DNA of 64,000 bases from an uncultured Halobacteria archaeon (GTDB lineage Bacteria; Pseudomonadota; Gammaproteobacteria; UBA9214). Of this stretch, positions 18,148 through 27,723 are shown piece after piece. The notes below the pieces were generated by a model. That model did no database searches and was not told the origin of the DNA. It saw only the letters and a program-made list of their open reading frames with translations. Numbering within the stretch: the stretch's first letter is position 1; each line of letters begins with the position of its first letter. The position numbers and the translations under genes are program-made. The DNA lies in the NCBI GenBank assembly GCA_963768575.1, contig CAVYIJ010000009.1:27899-91898 (forward strand), in the 5' to 3' direction.

Positions 18148-18966
18148 CTAGAAGCCGGTCACCTGGCCCAGTGCCTTGCGGGCGATCAGTTGCAGATCGG
18201 CCGTATCGATCCGCCCGTCCGGGGTGCCGGGTGGCGCCACGTCGCCGCGCAACAACTGCGTGGCGTCCGGTGTCATTTCGTCCAGGGCGCTGCGCTGCGC
18301 CAGGAGGACATCCGCGGCATTGACCACACCGTCCTGGTTGATGTCGCCATCGGCCGGGATAATATTGTACACAACTTGCAGTTCCGCCACGGGGCTCAGC
18401 GTGGCATAGACATCCCACCAGGATACGGCGGTCACAAAGCCGACATTTTGAGTGGCGCCGACAGCCGACGCCACGTAATTGGTCACATCGATGACATGGG
18501 TCCTGTTGTAGTAACCCGAGCCGCCGCTGAGTGGAGCACTGCCTGCATAGTCAGCCGTGTTGTCAAAGTCGCCCAGGTCAATCACGCCGTCAGCCGCATA
18601 GCCATAGGCGAGTATCGAGTCGCCAATCCAGAAAAAGGTATAGGAACTGTGCAGGACCAGCGATGCAGAACTGATGCTGACGCCGGCCGAAGACAGGAGT
18701 GAAGGCAACGCGTATTCATACGCGCCGCGAAATTCCGCGTATTGGGTAAAGTCCATGCTCCGGTACTTGCGAATAAACACATCGCTGGCTGTGCCGAGGG
18801 TATCGAAAATACCGTCAATCACCCAGTTGCCGGCAGTGCCGCCATCGACGGCATAGCCGGCAACGGTCGGCGTCAGGGTGACGGTGTCTGCATTGGCCGG
18901 GGATGAAATCAGCAGGCAGATGATCGCGGCAGATATAAACTGTTTGAGTGATTGTAAATTAATCAT
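18148..18966 (-). CDS. Secreted protein with C-terminal dockerin-like (tandem EF-hand-type Ca-binding) module
   Basis: 272 aa; signal peptide ...LLISSPANA; C-terminus DINQDGVVNAADVLLAQRSAL ... DGRIDTADLQLIARKAL = two dockerin type I-like repeats. Confidence 0.6.
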   Translation of the reverse strand: MINLQSLKQFISAAIICLLISSPANADTVTLTPTVAGYAVDGGTAGNWVIDGIFDTLGTASDVFIRKYRSMDFTQYAEFRGAYEYALPSLLSSAGVSISSASLVLHSSYTFFWIGDSILAYGYAADGVIDLGDFDNTADYAGSAPLSGGSGYYNRTHVIDVTNYVASAVGATQNVGFVTAVSWWDVYATLSPVAELQVVYNIIPADGDINQDGVVNAADVLLAQRSALDEMTPDATQLLRGDVAPPGTPDGRIDTADLQLIARKALGQVTGF

Positions 18967-18996
18967 TGAAAACCCGACTACCGGTTTATTAGCCTG

Positions 18997-19746
18997 TTAT
19001 ATACTGCTCTCATCGTATACGTCACGAAAAACCAGCATCTCCGCGAGCCGCTCCTCGTTTCGGCCCGGGAACCCGCATTCGGGCATAAATTCAGTGGTAT
19101 CCCTGTAGGTGCCGAAGATACGGTCCCAGATCGGGACATCGCTGAAATTGTATTTATGAACATCGAGTTGATGGTGTATGGAATGCAGTTCCGGCGTCTG
19201 GATAAAATAGCGGAGCCATTTGGGTGATTTGTAATTACCGTGGTAGAAAAATTCTCCGGTCGCTGCAAAGAAATTGTACCAGAACGTACCCAGCAAAGAG
19301 CAGCCCAGCAACGGGAAGAGGATTGCCGCCGTCAGGAATGAGTTAAAGGCGATTTCGACCGGGTGTTTGTAAAATGAGGTAAGGATTTCAATCCGCGAGG
19401 GCGAATGATGAACCTGGTGGAAAACCTGCCAGAAACCCCTGCAGTGCCTGAGACGGTGCCACCAGTAGAAAACAAATGTACCGATGAACCAGCCCACGGC
19501 CCCCTCCAGGAGTGGAAGGTTCCAGTTCGAAAAATGGAACAGGCTCTCTGTCCCATAGATGTCATACCAAAGTCTGCCAAGGCCAAGCGTAATTGCCAAC
19601 TGGGCCAGGTTTATCGAAATTGCCCTGCAATACCAGCCCCTGGACTTCGGCAGCGGCCGCCCTGGCCATAGCCGCTCGATCGAGAAAAAAGCCACTGTCG
19701 ACAAGGCGGTCATAAACGTCGGCAGGGTAATGGACGACAATTCCAT
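18997..19746 (-). CDS. Fatty acid hydroxylase / sterol desaturase superfamily membrane protein
   Basis: 249 aa; histidine boxes HRLRH, HQVHH, HSIHH; multiple TM segments. Confidence 0.8.
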   Translation of the reverse strand: MELSSITLPTFMTALSTVAFFSIERLWPGRPLPKSRGWYCRAISINLAQLAITLGLGRLWYDIYGTESLFHFSNWNLPLLEGAVGWFIGTFVFYWWHRLRHCRGFWQVFHQVHHSPSRIEILTSFYKHPVEIAFNSFLTAAILFPLLGCSLLGTFWYNFFAATGEFFYHGNYKSPKWLRYFIQTPELHSIHHQLDVHKYNFSDVPIWDRIFGTYRDTTEFMPECGFPGRNEERLAEMLVFRDVYDESSI

Positions 19747-19865
19747 GGTCTATTTATAGCGTATAAGCCCGGCGCCACGGCTCTGCCGCGTCAGGTGGCG
19801 GTAAATTGCCGGGCGGTATGCGAAATACGAGACATGCCTTCGGAGCACCTCCCGCCTCATGACTT

Positions 19866-20213
19866 TCATGGCGCCCCGGGTCTGGCTACGTAATCACGGG
19901 CTTGCAGTGCAGTGAGGCCTGCAACGCCGGCAATAAAACCTGCGAATGCCCCGATGCAAGTTGCAAAACCGGTCGCCGTTGATCCCCACAGGGCAGTAGC
20001 AATTGGCATGGCGGCTGCAGCAATCCCTGTCAGCAGGCAAAGACGTGCCACCAGGCGCGCCAAACCGTCCTTGTCGGTAACATAAGGCGCTGACTTTTCG
20101 TTATACCCGGCAATCAACCCCAGCTTCTTTTTGATGCCAATGAGGTATGCAAACCAGAACATTAACAACGCAATGCCTTCCATTACCAGTACTTCGACGA
20201 GTTTAGCGGTCAT
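19866..20213 (-). CDS. Small membrane protein (DUF3784-like); start at internal Met (ORF extends to 20261)
   Basis: MTAKLVEVLVMEGIALLMFWFAYLIG... GYNEKSAPYV; 3-4 TM helices. Confidence 0.5.
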   Translation of the reverse strand: MTAKLVEVLVMEGIALLMFWFAYLIGIKKKLGLIAGYNEKSAPYVTDKDGLARLVARLCLLTGIAAAAMPIATALWGSTATGFATCIGAFAGFIAGVAGLTALQARDYVARPGAP

Positions 20214-20355
20214 TTTCCCTGGCCAGGTGCTCGCCGGGTATGCCGATTCAGCGACACGCACAGACGCTTCATTTCAGGTGCATTATCCATTTCCGTGTTC
20301 GCTGCATTTATTGCCAGGGTTCTGCAGCGAGTAAGGGACGACAGGAGTATGTAAT

Positions 20356-20676
20356 TCATTCTACGACGACCGCGGTCCCGCCGGCGGACACCATGAGCAT
20401 GCCATTGGCTTGCCCAAGCACTTCGTAGTCGAGGTCGACGCCAACGACTGCGTTCGCGCCCAGTTCCTGCGCGCGTTGTTCGAGTTCCTGCAGTGCAACA
20501 TCCCGCGCGCGCTGCAATTCGCGCTCGTACGTTGCCGACCGGCCCCCGACCAGGTCTCGAATACCGGCAAACATATCCTTGAAGAGGTTCGCGCCCAGTA
20601 CCGCCTCGCCTGTAACCACGCCGCAATAGCGCGTGATCTTTTTGCCTTCAATATTTGGCGTCGTAGTCACGATCAT
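20356..20676 (-). CDS. YbjQ/UPF0145 family protein
   Basis: 106 aa; [47 protein letters not shown]... diagnostic of UPF0145. Confidence 0.8.
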   Translation of the reverse strand: MIVTTTPNIEGKKITRYCGVVTGEAVLGANLFKDMFAGIRDLVGGRSATYERELQRARDVALQELEQRAQELGANAVVGVDLDYEVLGQANGMLMVSAGGTAVVVE

Positions 20677-20801
20677 ATTGGTTCTCCAGTATCCCTGTGG
20701 CTGAAAAAAAGTGCGGCATATGGATTGTGATCAAGCCGCTCGTCACTTATGTCTGACCTTGCTGCCCGGGCGCCGGGGTTCACGACGCCTGGAGCGGATT
20801 A

Positions 20802-21185
20802 TTAGCTGTTGAGTAGATTTTTCAGCCATGCAAGAGCTTCTTTCTTTTCAGAGAAATGCTGAACTACAAATTCATTCTTGAAAGTGAACAAACTCAGCAG
20901 GTTTGAATCATCATTAATAAGGTGAGGTTGGCACCAAAAAGCCATATATATTTTATCAAGTCCCTGATCGGTCATGTGGTGACTTAATTTCAGAATTTCG
21001 TATGGGGGGACTTCCCGTTTTTCAGCAGACCTTTCATCGAGCAGGACACTTTGGTAATTCAACCTTGAGCATTCAGTGGCGATTCGAGTCAGTATTTCCT
21101 GTGCCCGTTGGGTGGTAATAACGGTGTCTGGAATGGTTGCCAGCAAATAATCACCATTTTTTTCGAATTCGATGCTTTCACTCAT
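20802..21185 (-). CDS. Hypothetical protein, low-GC, no recognised domain
   Basis: 127 aa ORF in AT-rich segment; codon usage differs from flanks. Confidence 0.4.
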   Translation of the reverse strand: MSESIEFEKNGDYLLATIPDTVITTQRAQEILTRIATECSRLNYQSVLLDERSAEKREVPPYEILKLSHHMTDQGLDKIYMAFWCQPHLINDDSNLLSLFTFKNEFVVQHFSEKKEALAWLKNLLNS

Positions 21186-21322
21186 GACATATACTCTTCA
21201 GGCCATGAACGACGCCTGAGTTCAGCGGCATTTAAGGCGACGCCTTTTTTTGCGACAGCAAAAATGGGCAGCAGGTCAAATGTCCGTTGCAACGGCTTGT
21301 CAGGCGTCAATTGCACCAGTGT

Positions 21323-21958
21323 TTACTCAATGTTCGGGGGTTTCTCAACGGGCATCAGGATTTCATTCCGCCTCAAAAACCACGGCACGAATGGAGCGTT
21401 ATATCGGGCCCATACAGGGTCTCCGGCCACGCTGAGGTTTTGTTTCTCAATCCAGGCGTTCAGCTTATCGAGATTACGACGGTAACCTTTTTCACTCCAG
21501 AAGCCAGAGTACCGGACGGCCGCAATGTATCGCGCAGGAACTTGACGCAGGATTACGTTCGGATCTTTGGGTTCCGGGAGTGTCTCCAGCGAATAGGATG
21601 AGGGCATCATAAAGCTCACGGCCCACCTGCCATTCCTGCGCTGTTGGCCGACGGGTGAAGTCATGTCAATTTTCTCGCTCACAGGCCCCTGGGTAACGGG
21701 TGCAGTCATTTCGACTTTCCGCTGGGACTTGTTGTTGCCGGAAATGTATTTGAACAGCCGGCCAAAGGCTTTGCTTCCCGCGTCTTCAAGATCTCCGTCC
21801 ACTATGGTTTCGGCAAGAACATGCGGCTCATACCGGCGCACCTCGAAGTCCTGCTCCTTGAGGGCGACTGTGTATTCGGCTTCCTCTATCGCCATAGCAT
21901 TTCCCGCTCCAAGAACCGCAACAAGAACAGCCCAGCCAACCCGTTTTATCCCGGCCAT
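21323..21958 (-). CDS. SOUL/HBP heme-binding family protein, secreted (start at internal Met MAGIKRVGW; ORF extends to 22066)
   Basis: Signal peptide MAGIKRVGWAVLVAVLGAGNAMA; YTVALKEQDFEVRRYEPHVLAE...VEMTAPV pattern of SOUL family. Confidence 0.65.
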   Translation of the reverse strand: MAGIKRVGWAVLVAVLGAGNAMAIEEAEYTVALKEQDFEVRRYEPHVLAETIVDGDLEDAGSKAFGRLFKYISGNNKSQRKVEMTAPVTQGPVSEKIDMTSPVGQQRRNGRWAVSFMMPSSYSLETLPEPKDPNVILRQVPARYIAAVRYSGFWSEKGYRRNLDKLNAWIEKQNLSVAGDPVWARYNAPFVPWFLRRNEILMPVEKPPNIE

Positions 21959-22115
21959 GAAGCTCCGCCTTCGAGTCCCCGACACGCATGCGTACCGACA
22001 CACCCCGGACTCTCCGCCATTCCGAGGGCCGCTGTCCTGGCAAAACGTTTCGCTTTTGATGTCCAACGTCCCGATTCAGTCGCGCGGCGTAGCCGCGTCG
22101 CAATGGAGGCGTTTG

Positions 22116-22667
22116 CTAGGCATTCTTTTCGATAATGCGGGTTGGCTTGCCATCAATACTCTCCTGGTTTTTTTCCTTCCAATACTCCTTTATTCCTTTT
22201 TCTCCTTTTTTATTCGCCCACTCTTTTAATTGCTCCCTTTCTCCCACGTAATCATAAAATGGCACTCCCATCCCACAGGATGTTTGGACAAGATCAACTG
22301 CCAGGTCAAATATTTGCCTCGCTCCGGGTAACGGCCTAAAGAGGGTAATTATATTTTTCCATTCAGGATCATTCTTGTGAATCACACTCGCATTCCCATA
22401 GATTCGCAGGATCATCGGGTTACCTTCCAATGCAGCGAACATTATTGTCATTCGAGGATTTTCCTGTACATGGGCAGAGGTTTCGTTACCACTTCCAGTA
22501 ACATTTAGCCATACCAGCCGATTCGCATCTAAAACCCGTAATGAGTCCATTCCTTTCGGTGATATGTTGATTCTACCGTCAGCGGCCGCTGTCCCCACGA
22601 AGAATACCTTTTGATCTTCGATAAACTGCTTCAGCTTGTCAGGAATCTCGGAATATCGTTTTCCCAT
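22116..22667 (-). CDS. Pyridoxamine 5'-phosphate oxidase-like FMN-binding split-barrel protein
   Basis: 183 aa; ...QKVFFVGTAAADGRINISPKG...; low-GC. Confidence 0.6.
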   Translation of the reverse strand: MGKRYSEIPDKLKQFIEDQKVFFVGTAAADGRINISPKGMDSLRVLDANRLVWLNVTGSGNETSAHVQENPRMTIMFAALEGNPMILRIYGNASVIHKNDPEWKNIITLFRPLPGARQIFDLAVDLVQTSCGMGVPFYDYVGEREQLKEWANKKGEKGIKEYWKEKNQESIDGKPTRIIEKNA

Positions 22668-22772
22668 TTCTCAAGTTCTCTTTTTAATACCTAACGCTTG
22701 AGTCGAGCCGCGCGGTCTAGATACTCTCCGCGAAGCGCCACAAAACTACCACGCGTCGGCTCGGACGATTTG

Positions 22773-23069
22773 TTAGCGGTCAATTCTCTCCTGCCAATAA
22801 CCAGGGCGTCGACGATGGTGGGCAACCGCAATTACCCATATCCGCTCTGACTCTATGCTATAGATTAAGGAATACGGGAATCTGGCTAGGATTATTCGGC
22901 GCAATTCCTCTCCGACACTCTGGCCGATGTGCGGTTGGTCGCACAACACTTCAACGATCCGCTCTACCTCAGCAATGAATCGACCGCCAAGACCTAGCAC
23001 TTCACCCTCATAATACGCAGTGGTTTCAACGATTTCTTCAGATGCTGCCGAATGGAATCCTGCCTTCAT
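22773..23069 (-). CDS. RelE/ParE-family type II toxin
   Basis: 98 aa; C-terminal ...RIWVIAVAHHRRRPGYWQERI typical; overlaps upstream antitoxin by 4 nt. Confidence 0.65.
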   Translation of the reverse strand: MKAGFHSAASEEIVETTAYYEGEVLGLGGRFIAEVERIVEVLCDQPHIGQSVGEELRRIILARFPYSLIYSIESERIWVIAVAHHRRRPGYWQERIDR

Positions 23070-23299
23070 CTCTTGAGTCGGGCCCTAGCCTGTGCAAATA
23101 CCTCTTCAGCTGGGATCAATTCAGCTGCTCCATCTTTCAACTCCTTATACCTTCGCTCAGCCTCTTCTATCCATGCTTTTTCGACATCTTCATCCATAGA
23201 CCCATCTAGATCTGCTATCAAATCTCGGAGAAGATGCATTCGATCATCGGCACTCAATGAGCGTATTTCATTCTCAATATCTTCTATCGTCTTCGCCAT
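23066..23299 (-). CDS. Addiction-module antitoxin (ParD/TIGR02574-like)
   Basis: 77 aa acidic helical protein MAKTIEDIENEIRSLSADDRMHLLRDLIADLDG...; directly upstream of toxin with ATGA overlap. Confidence 0.6.
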   Translation of the reverse strand: MAKTIEDIENEIRSLSADDRMHLLRDLIADLDGSMDEDVEKAWIEEAERRYKELKDGAAELIPAEEVFAQARARLKR

Positions 23300-23376
23300 A
23301 ATCCTTCTCCATACTGTTACTGATTAAATTTTACTCTTATGCGTCCATGACCGCTAACTACTATTAGAACTCAACA

Positions 23377-23706
23377 CTATGCGGCTAGACTCAGTAGTGG
23401 ATAGAACAATACTGAGAACTTCCACCATCCAAATGCTGTTACAAAAAACAAAGCAAATCCCCCAAATAACGAAATTCGTGACGCCATATTGCGCCAGAAG
23501 ATACCAACAATCATCAATGCAGCTACAACGATACTCATTACCGCAGTCATGAAGAATGAACGCGCCACCCCGTATTGCTCCGACTCTGGATATAGGGGGT
23601 CATTTATTAGCCCAAGATCCGGCTGCAACAGATAACCAACATTAAAAAATAAGCTGGCCATAATTATTGCCAGTAACGTTAATCCAATGTTTGTAATTCG
23701 TTCCAT
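23377..23706 (-). CDS. Small hydrophobic membrane protein (hypothetical)
   Basis: 109 aa, 3-4 TM helices; bracketed by 12-bp direct repeats CTAACTACTATT. Confidence 0.4.
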   Translation of the reverse strand: MERITNIGLTLLAIIMASLFFNVGYLLQPDLGLINDPLYPESEQYGVARSFFMTAVMSIVVAALMIVGIFWRNMASRISLFGGFALFFVTAFGWWKFSVLFYPLLSLAA

Positions 23707-24039
23707 ATGTTTCTTTGAGTTCTAACTACTATTGGGCGAACGAATGCTCGTTTTGTAAAGGATATGCATTGACCATAACTATAATCCAGGATCCATCAAT
23801 TCAACAGCTTAAAGCGATTAATGTGTCTTATGGAGATCTAAACTACACGGAAAAGGCGACGCCTCAGTGCTGACATAGGCGGCGTGCCGTCGTCCGGGCG
23901 CATGGAGAGGGTGAGACGCGGACGGTCGAGAGGCTGACCCGGGCTATACGCGGGGTAGAGCATTGCCTGGAGCGTCTACAGGGAAACGCGTTGTTGATAT
24001 TCCCACTCCCTGAAGGGGTAGGGAATGTAGAATTGGCTA

Positions 24040-24588
24040 ATGCCAGCACTCAAAACGCTGCCCGATTATCTTCGTCCCGGTCTCGACATCGTGTCCATCG
24101 GTCTCAACCCGTCATTGCCCTCGGTGCGCGACGGATTTTATTTCGCCAATCCGCGCAACCGCTTCTGGCGGGCGCTGAATGCCAGTGGCCTGGTAGCGGA
24201 AGAACTTGTGCCGGGTATGGCCGCCATGGAGACGCTGTTTGAAAAATACGGCATCGGCTTTACCGATGTGGTGAAACGGCCAACCGCCGGCGGTCATGCG
24301 CTGCGCGCGGCTGACTACCGCGAGTGGGTGCCGGTGTTGCAGGACAAGCTGTTAATGTTATCGCCGCGTATCGCCTGGTTCCATGGCAAGCAGGCTTATG
24401 CCAATTACCTGAAATATGGTGAGGGAATACGGCCGGCGATCGACTGGGGGGAACAACCGGCAGCCAGCCTGGAATGTCGTGTGTTTGTCACACCGAACCC
24501 CAGCCCCGCAAATGCGGTGTATTCACTCGATGAATTGACGGACTGGTTTCGCCGGCTCGCAGCCTGTCGAAATAACCTCTCCGTATAG
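24040..24588 (+). CDS. mug: G/U mismatch-specific uracil-DNA glycosylase
   Basis: 182 aa; GLNPS...NRFWR...VTPNPSPAN motifs of Mug/TDG family. Confidence 0.8.
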   Translation: MPALKTLPDYLRPGLDIVSIGLNPSLPSVRDGFYFANPRNRFWRALNASGLVAEELVPGMAAMETLFEKYGIGFTDVVKRPTAGGHALRAADYREWVPVLQDKLLMLSPRIAWFHGKQAYANYLKYGEGIRPAIDWGEQPAASLECRVFVTPNPSPANAVYSLDELTDWFRRLAACRNNLSV

Positions 24589-24644
24589 CAGCTTTCCCGC
24601 CTTCACCTATACTTGTTTTGAAGATACCGACGGAGGGTTCAATC

Positions 24645-25112
24645 GTGGCGATAGCAATGACAATAGCGGAATACCTTGCCGATCATGATGTGGCCTACGA
24701 CGTCCTGACCCATCCGCACACCGGGTCAAGCGGCGAAAGCGCGCAGGCCTCGCATGTGTCCGGGTCGCGGCTGGCCAAGTCAGTGGTCCTGGAAGACGAG
24801 CATGGTTACCTGATGGTGGTGCTGCCGGCAAACCGCCAGGTCGACCTCGGCGAGTTGCGTCGTTTGATGAACCGCAGCCTGGGACTGGCCACCGAGGGTG
24901 AGCTGGGCGCCCTGTTCTCGGACTGCGAAATCGGTGCGTTGCCGGCCATCGGCCCGGCCTACGGCATTGAAACGCTGGTGGATGACGCGATTGCCGAACA
25001 GCCGGATATCTATTTCGAGGCCGGTGATCATGAGCAACTGATCCATGTCACCGCCGAAGGCTTCAGTGTCCTGCTGGGAGACGGCACCCGCCACGGCCAT
25101 TTCAGTCACTAG
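24645..25112 (+). CDS. YbaK/ProX-type aminoacyl-tRNA deacylase domain protein (GTG start assumed; ORF opens at 24618)
   Basis: VAIAMTIAEYLADHDVAYDVLTHPHT...SVVLEDEHGYLMVVLPANRQVDLGELRRLM...; GGAGGG 7 nt upstream of GTG. Confidence 0.6.
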   Translation: MAIAMTIAEYLADHDVAYDVLTHPHTGSSGESAQASHVSGSRLAKSVVLEDEHGYLMVVLPANRQVDLGELRRLMNRSLGLATEGELGALFSDCEIGALPAIGPAYGIETLVDDAIAEQPDIYFEAGDHEQLIHVTAEGFSVLLGDGTRHGHFSH

Positions 25113-25165
25113 CCGCCGTCCGGGCGGGTTGTGTGAGACGCTATAACCTATTGTAAAATATAAAC

Positions 25166-25672
25166 TTACAGGCCATAGGCCTGGGTGCCCCAGCTGACAC
25201 CGCCAACTGCCGCTTCGGGATGGCGCCGGTGGATATCCGTTTCGACTTCGGCGACCCGGGATTCGGGGACATCAACCAGCAAGAGTATTTCGCCGTGGGC
25301 CAGTGCATCGCGGAATTTGCCCAGGTGGGTGTTGGGAATATTGGTGAAATGCAGGCCGACCATGAAATTTATCACCATGACCGCGACAGGTAGCAGCAGC
25401 CATCCGTTAAAGCCATTGAGTGCCGGCATGATGATCAGGGTGACCAGCGCGGCAGCAAAGCAGGCGAGGTTGGCCAGCCAGAAAATCTTGTTGACCCGCC
25501 GCCTGCCGCCATTCCATTGTCGTAATTCGGCATCCGGCAGCCCGTCGAGGCGGGTGCGCTGGTCGCCGATGGCGTGCATGTGCGCGGTATCGATGCCGTG
25601 CCCGACGAGTTCGTCAACCACCTCAAGGGCGTGCTGGCGGTCCGGTATTAACAAGTAGAGCCTGCGGTCCAT
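25166..25672 (-). CDS. Hypothetical inner-membrane protein (2 TM, DUF1269-like)
   Basis: 168 aa ORF; hydrophobic segments CFAAALVTLIIMPALNGFNGWLLLPVAVMVINFMVGL. Confidence 0.45.
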   Translation of the reverse strand: MDRRLYLLIPDRQHALEVVDELVGHGIDTAHMHAIGDQRTRLDGLPDAELRQWNGGRRRVNKIFWLANLACFAAALVTLIIMPALNGFNGWLLLPVAVMVINFMVGLHFTNIPNTHLGKFRDALAHGEILLLVDVPESRVAEVETDIHRRHPEAAVGGVSWGTQAYGL

Positions 25673-25882
25673 AGTCTATCCCCCGATAGCCTATTGATAT
25701 TTATAATTAATCTATGCCTGTCGAAACAGGTCGTGTACCTCGGTTCCGCGCCCCGGGACACTTTGTTGTTGGCGCCTATTCTGGAACAGACCCGCAGGGA
25801 AGACAATAGTGAATAACAGATTTCGCTGTCGGATAACTTTGCGACGATGCCAGTTACTTTCTCCAATCAACCGCTATTTCTG

Positions 25883-25911
25883 TTGACACCCTGAGGGTCC
25901 TGCAAGACAAT
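25883..25911 (+). promoter_or_regulatory. Sigma-70 promoter of tRNA-tufB operon (TTGACA-17-GACAAT, GC-rich discriminator)
   Basis: TTGACAccctgagggtcctgcaaGACAATagcgggc ~20 nt before tRNA-Tyr. Confidence 0.55.
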
Positions 25912-25928
25912 AGCGGGCTTGCATTTTT

Positions 25929-26013
25929 GGAGGGGTTCCCGAGTGGTCAAAGGGATCAGACTGTAAATCTGACGGCTCAGCCTTCGGAGGTTCAAATCCT
26001 CCCCCCTCCACCA
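25929..26013 (+). tRNA. tyrU: tRNA-Tyr (GTA)
   Basis: GGAGGGGTTCCCGAGTGG...CTGTAAATC anticodon loop, long variable arm, TTCAAATCC T-loop, CCA end encoded. Confidence 0.9.
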
Positions 26014-26063
26014 GATGGTGGAAGCACATGATTAGAAAGTAAATTTACAGGGGCGATAAGCCT

Positions 26064-26137
26064 GGCGGGTGTAGTTCAACGGTAGAACCTCAGCCTTCCA
26101 AGCTGATGATGTGGGTTCGATTCCCATCACCCGCTCC
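26064..26137 (+). tRNA. glyT: tRNA-Gly (TCC)
   Basis: GCGGGTGTAGTTCAACGGTAGAAC...CCTTCCAAG...GGTTCGATTCC...CACCCGCTCCA. Confidence 0.9.
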
Positions 26138-26189
26138 AAATTTAAATGGGGTCAGACTCTGAAATCGGGGCCTGACCCCATTTAAATTT
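26138..26189 (+). repeat. 52-nt perfect hairpin (18-bp stem AAATTTAAATGGGGTCAG/CTGACCCCATTTAAATTT) filling the tRNA-Gly/tRNA-Thr spacer
   Basis: Exact inverted repeat seen directly; related GGGGTC-GACCCCATTT element at 28640-28675. Confidence 0.7.
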
Positions 26190-26265
<76 letters not shown>

Positions 26266-26326
26266 GGTCAGAACGGATTTATCTATTTATATACGTAAGC
26301 ACTAACCGTTACGGGAGTCAGGCGAA

Positions 26327-27517
26327 ATGTCCAAGGAAAAATTTGAGCGTACCAAACCGCATGTGAACGTAGGCACCATTGGTCACGTTGATCATGGCAA
26401 GACGACGTTGACGGCGGCGATCACGAAGGTGATGGCGGAGCTGCAGGGTGGCGAGTTCAAGGCGTATGACCAGATTGACAATGCGCCGGAGGAACGCGAG
26501 CGCGGCATCACGATTGCGACGGCGCACGTGGAGTACGAGTCGCCGGCGCGTCATTACGCGCACGTGGACTGCCCGGGACACGCGGACTACGTCAAGAACA
26601 TGATCACGGGTGCGGCGCAGATGGACGGAGCGATTCTGGTGGTGAGTGCAGCGGACGGACCGATGCCGCAGACGCGCGAGCACATTTTGCTGAGTCGTCA
26701 GGTGGGTGTGCCTTACATACTGGTATACATGAACAAGGCGGACCAGGTTGATGACGCCGAGCTGCTGGAGCTGGTGGAGATGGAGATTCGCGAGCTGCTG
26801 GACTCTTATGATTTCCCGGGTGATGACACGCCGATCGTGACGGGTTCGGCGCTGAAGGCGCTGGAAGGCGACACCAGTGATATCGGTGTGCCGTCGATTG
26901 TGAAGCTGGTTGATGAGATGGACAAGTACATACCGGAGCCGGAGCGAGCGATCGACGGTGATTTTCTGATGCCGGTTGAGGACGTATTTTCGATTTCGGG
27001 TCGTGGCACGGTGGTGACGGGGCGCGTGGAGCGCGGCGTCGTCAAGGTTGGCGAGGAGCTGGAGATTGTCGGCATCAAGGACACGCTGAAGACGACGTGC
27101 ACGGGTGTTGAGATGTTCAGGAAGTTGCTGGACCAGGGTCAGGCGGGAGACAACGTGGGTGTATTGTTGCGTGGCACCAAGCGTGAAGAGGTGGAGCGTG
27201 GCCAGGTGCTGTGCAAGCCGGGGAGCATCAAGCCGCACACGAAGTTTGAGTGTGAGGTATACATTCTGAGCAAGGACGAGGGTGGTCGTCACACGCCGTT
27301 TTTCAGTAATTACCGTCCGCAGTTTTATTTTCGCACGACGGACGTAACGGGTGCGTGTGATTTGCCGGAAGGCGTGGAGATGGTGATGCCGGGCGACAAC
27401 ATCAAGATGACGGTGTCGCTGATAGCGCCGATTGCAATGGAAGACGGACTGCGTTTCGCGATTCGCGAGGGTGGCCGTACCGTGGGCGCCGGCGTGGTGT
27501 CGAAGATCCTTGAATAA
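26327..27517 (+). CDS. tufB: Elongation factor Tu (copy B)
   Basis: 396 aa [28 protein letters not shown]...; follows tRNA-Thr as in thrU-tyrU-glyT-thrT-tufB arrangement. Confidence 0.97.
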   Translation: MSKEKFERTKPHVNVGTIGHVDHGKTTLTAAITKVMAELQGGEFKAYDQIDNAPEERERGITIATAHVEYESPARHYAHVDCPGHADYVKNMITGAAQMDGAILVVSAADGPMPQTREHILLSRQVGVPYILVYMNKADQVDDAELLELVEMEIRELLDSYDFPGDDTPIVTGSALKALEGDTSDIGVPSIVKLVDEMDKYIPEPERAIDGDFLMPVEDVFSISGRGTVVTGRVERGVVKVGEELEIVGIKDTLKTTCTGVEMFRKLLDQGQAGDNVGVLLRGTKREEVERGQVLCKPGSIKPHTKFECEVYILSKDEGGRHTPFFSNYRPQFYFRTTDVTGACDLPEGVEMVMPGDNIKMTVSLIAPIAMEDGLRFAIREGGRTVGAGVVSKILE

Positions 27518-27607
27518 CGGGTTGGGGGCGGCGTTGCCGTTCCCGCATGTTTTAGGAGCGGACTGCGTCCGCGAATTGCGCCCGAAGGGCGCGCCTATTG
27601 AAGAGTT

Positions 27608-27683
27608 AGGCCAGTAGCTCAATTGGCAGAGCGGCGGTCTCCAAAACCGCAGGTTGGGGGTTCGATTCCCTCCTGGCCTGCCA
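27608..27683 (+). tRNA. trpT: tRNA-Trp (CCA)
   Basis: AGGCCAGTAGCTCAATTGGCAGAGC...TCTCCAAAACC...GGTTCGATTCC...CTGGCCTGCCA. Confidence 0.9.
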
Positions 27684-27723
27684 ATATGAGCTGGACAGGC
27701 AAGTGTGCTGTCCCTGGGGAAAC

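Noticed and set aside
24021-24041. TAGAAT hexamer 7 nt before the mug ATG suggesting a leaderless transcript
   Set aside because: No acceptable -35 element at 16-19 nt spacing; coincidence cannot be excluded
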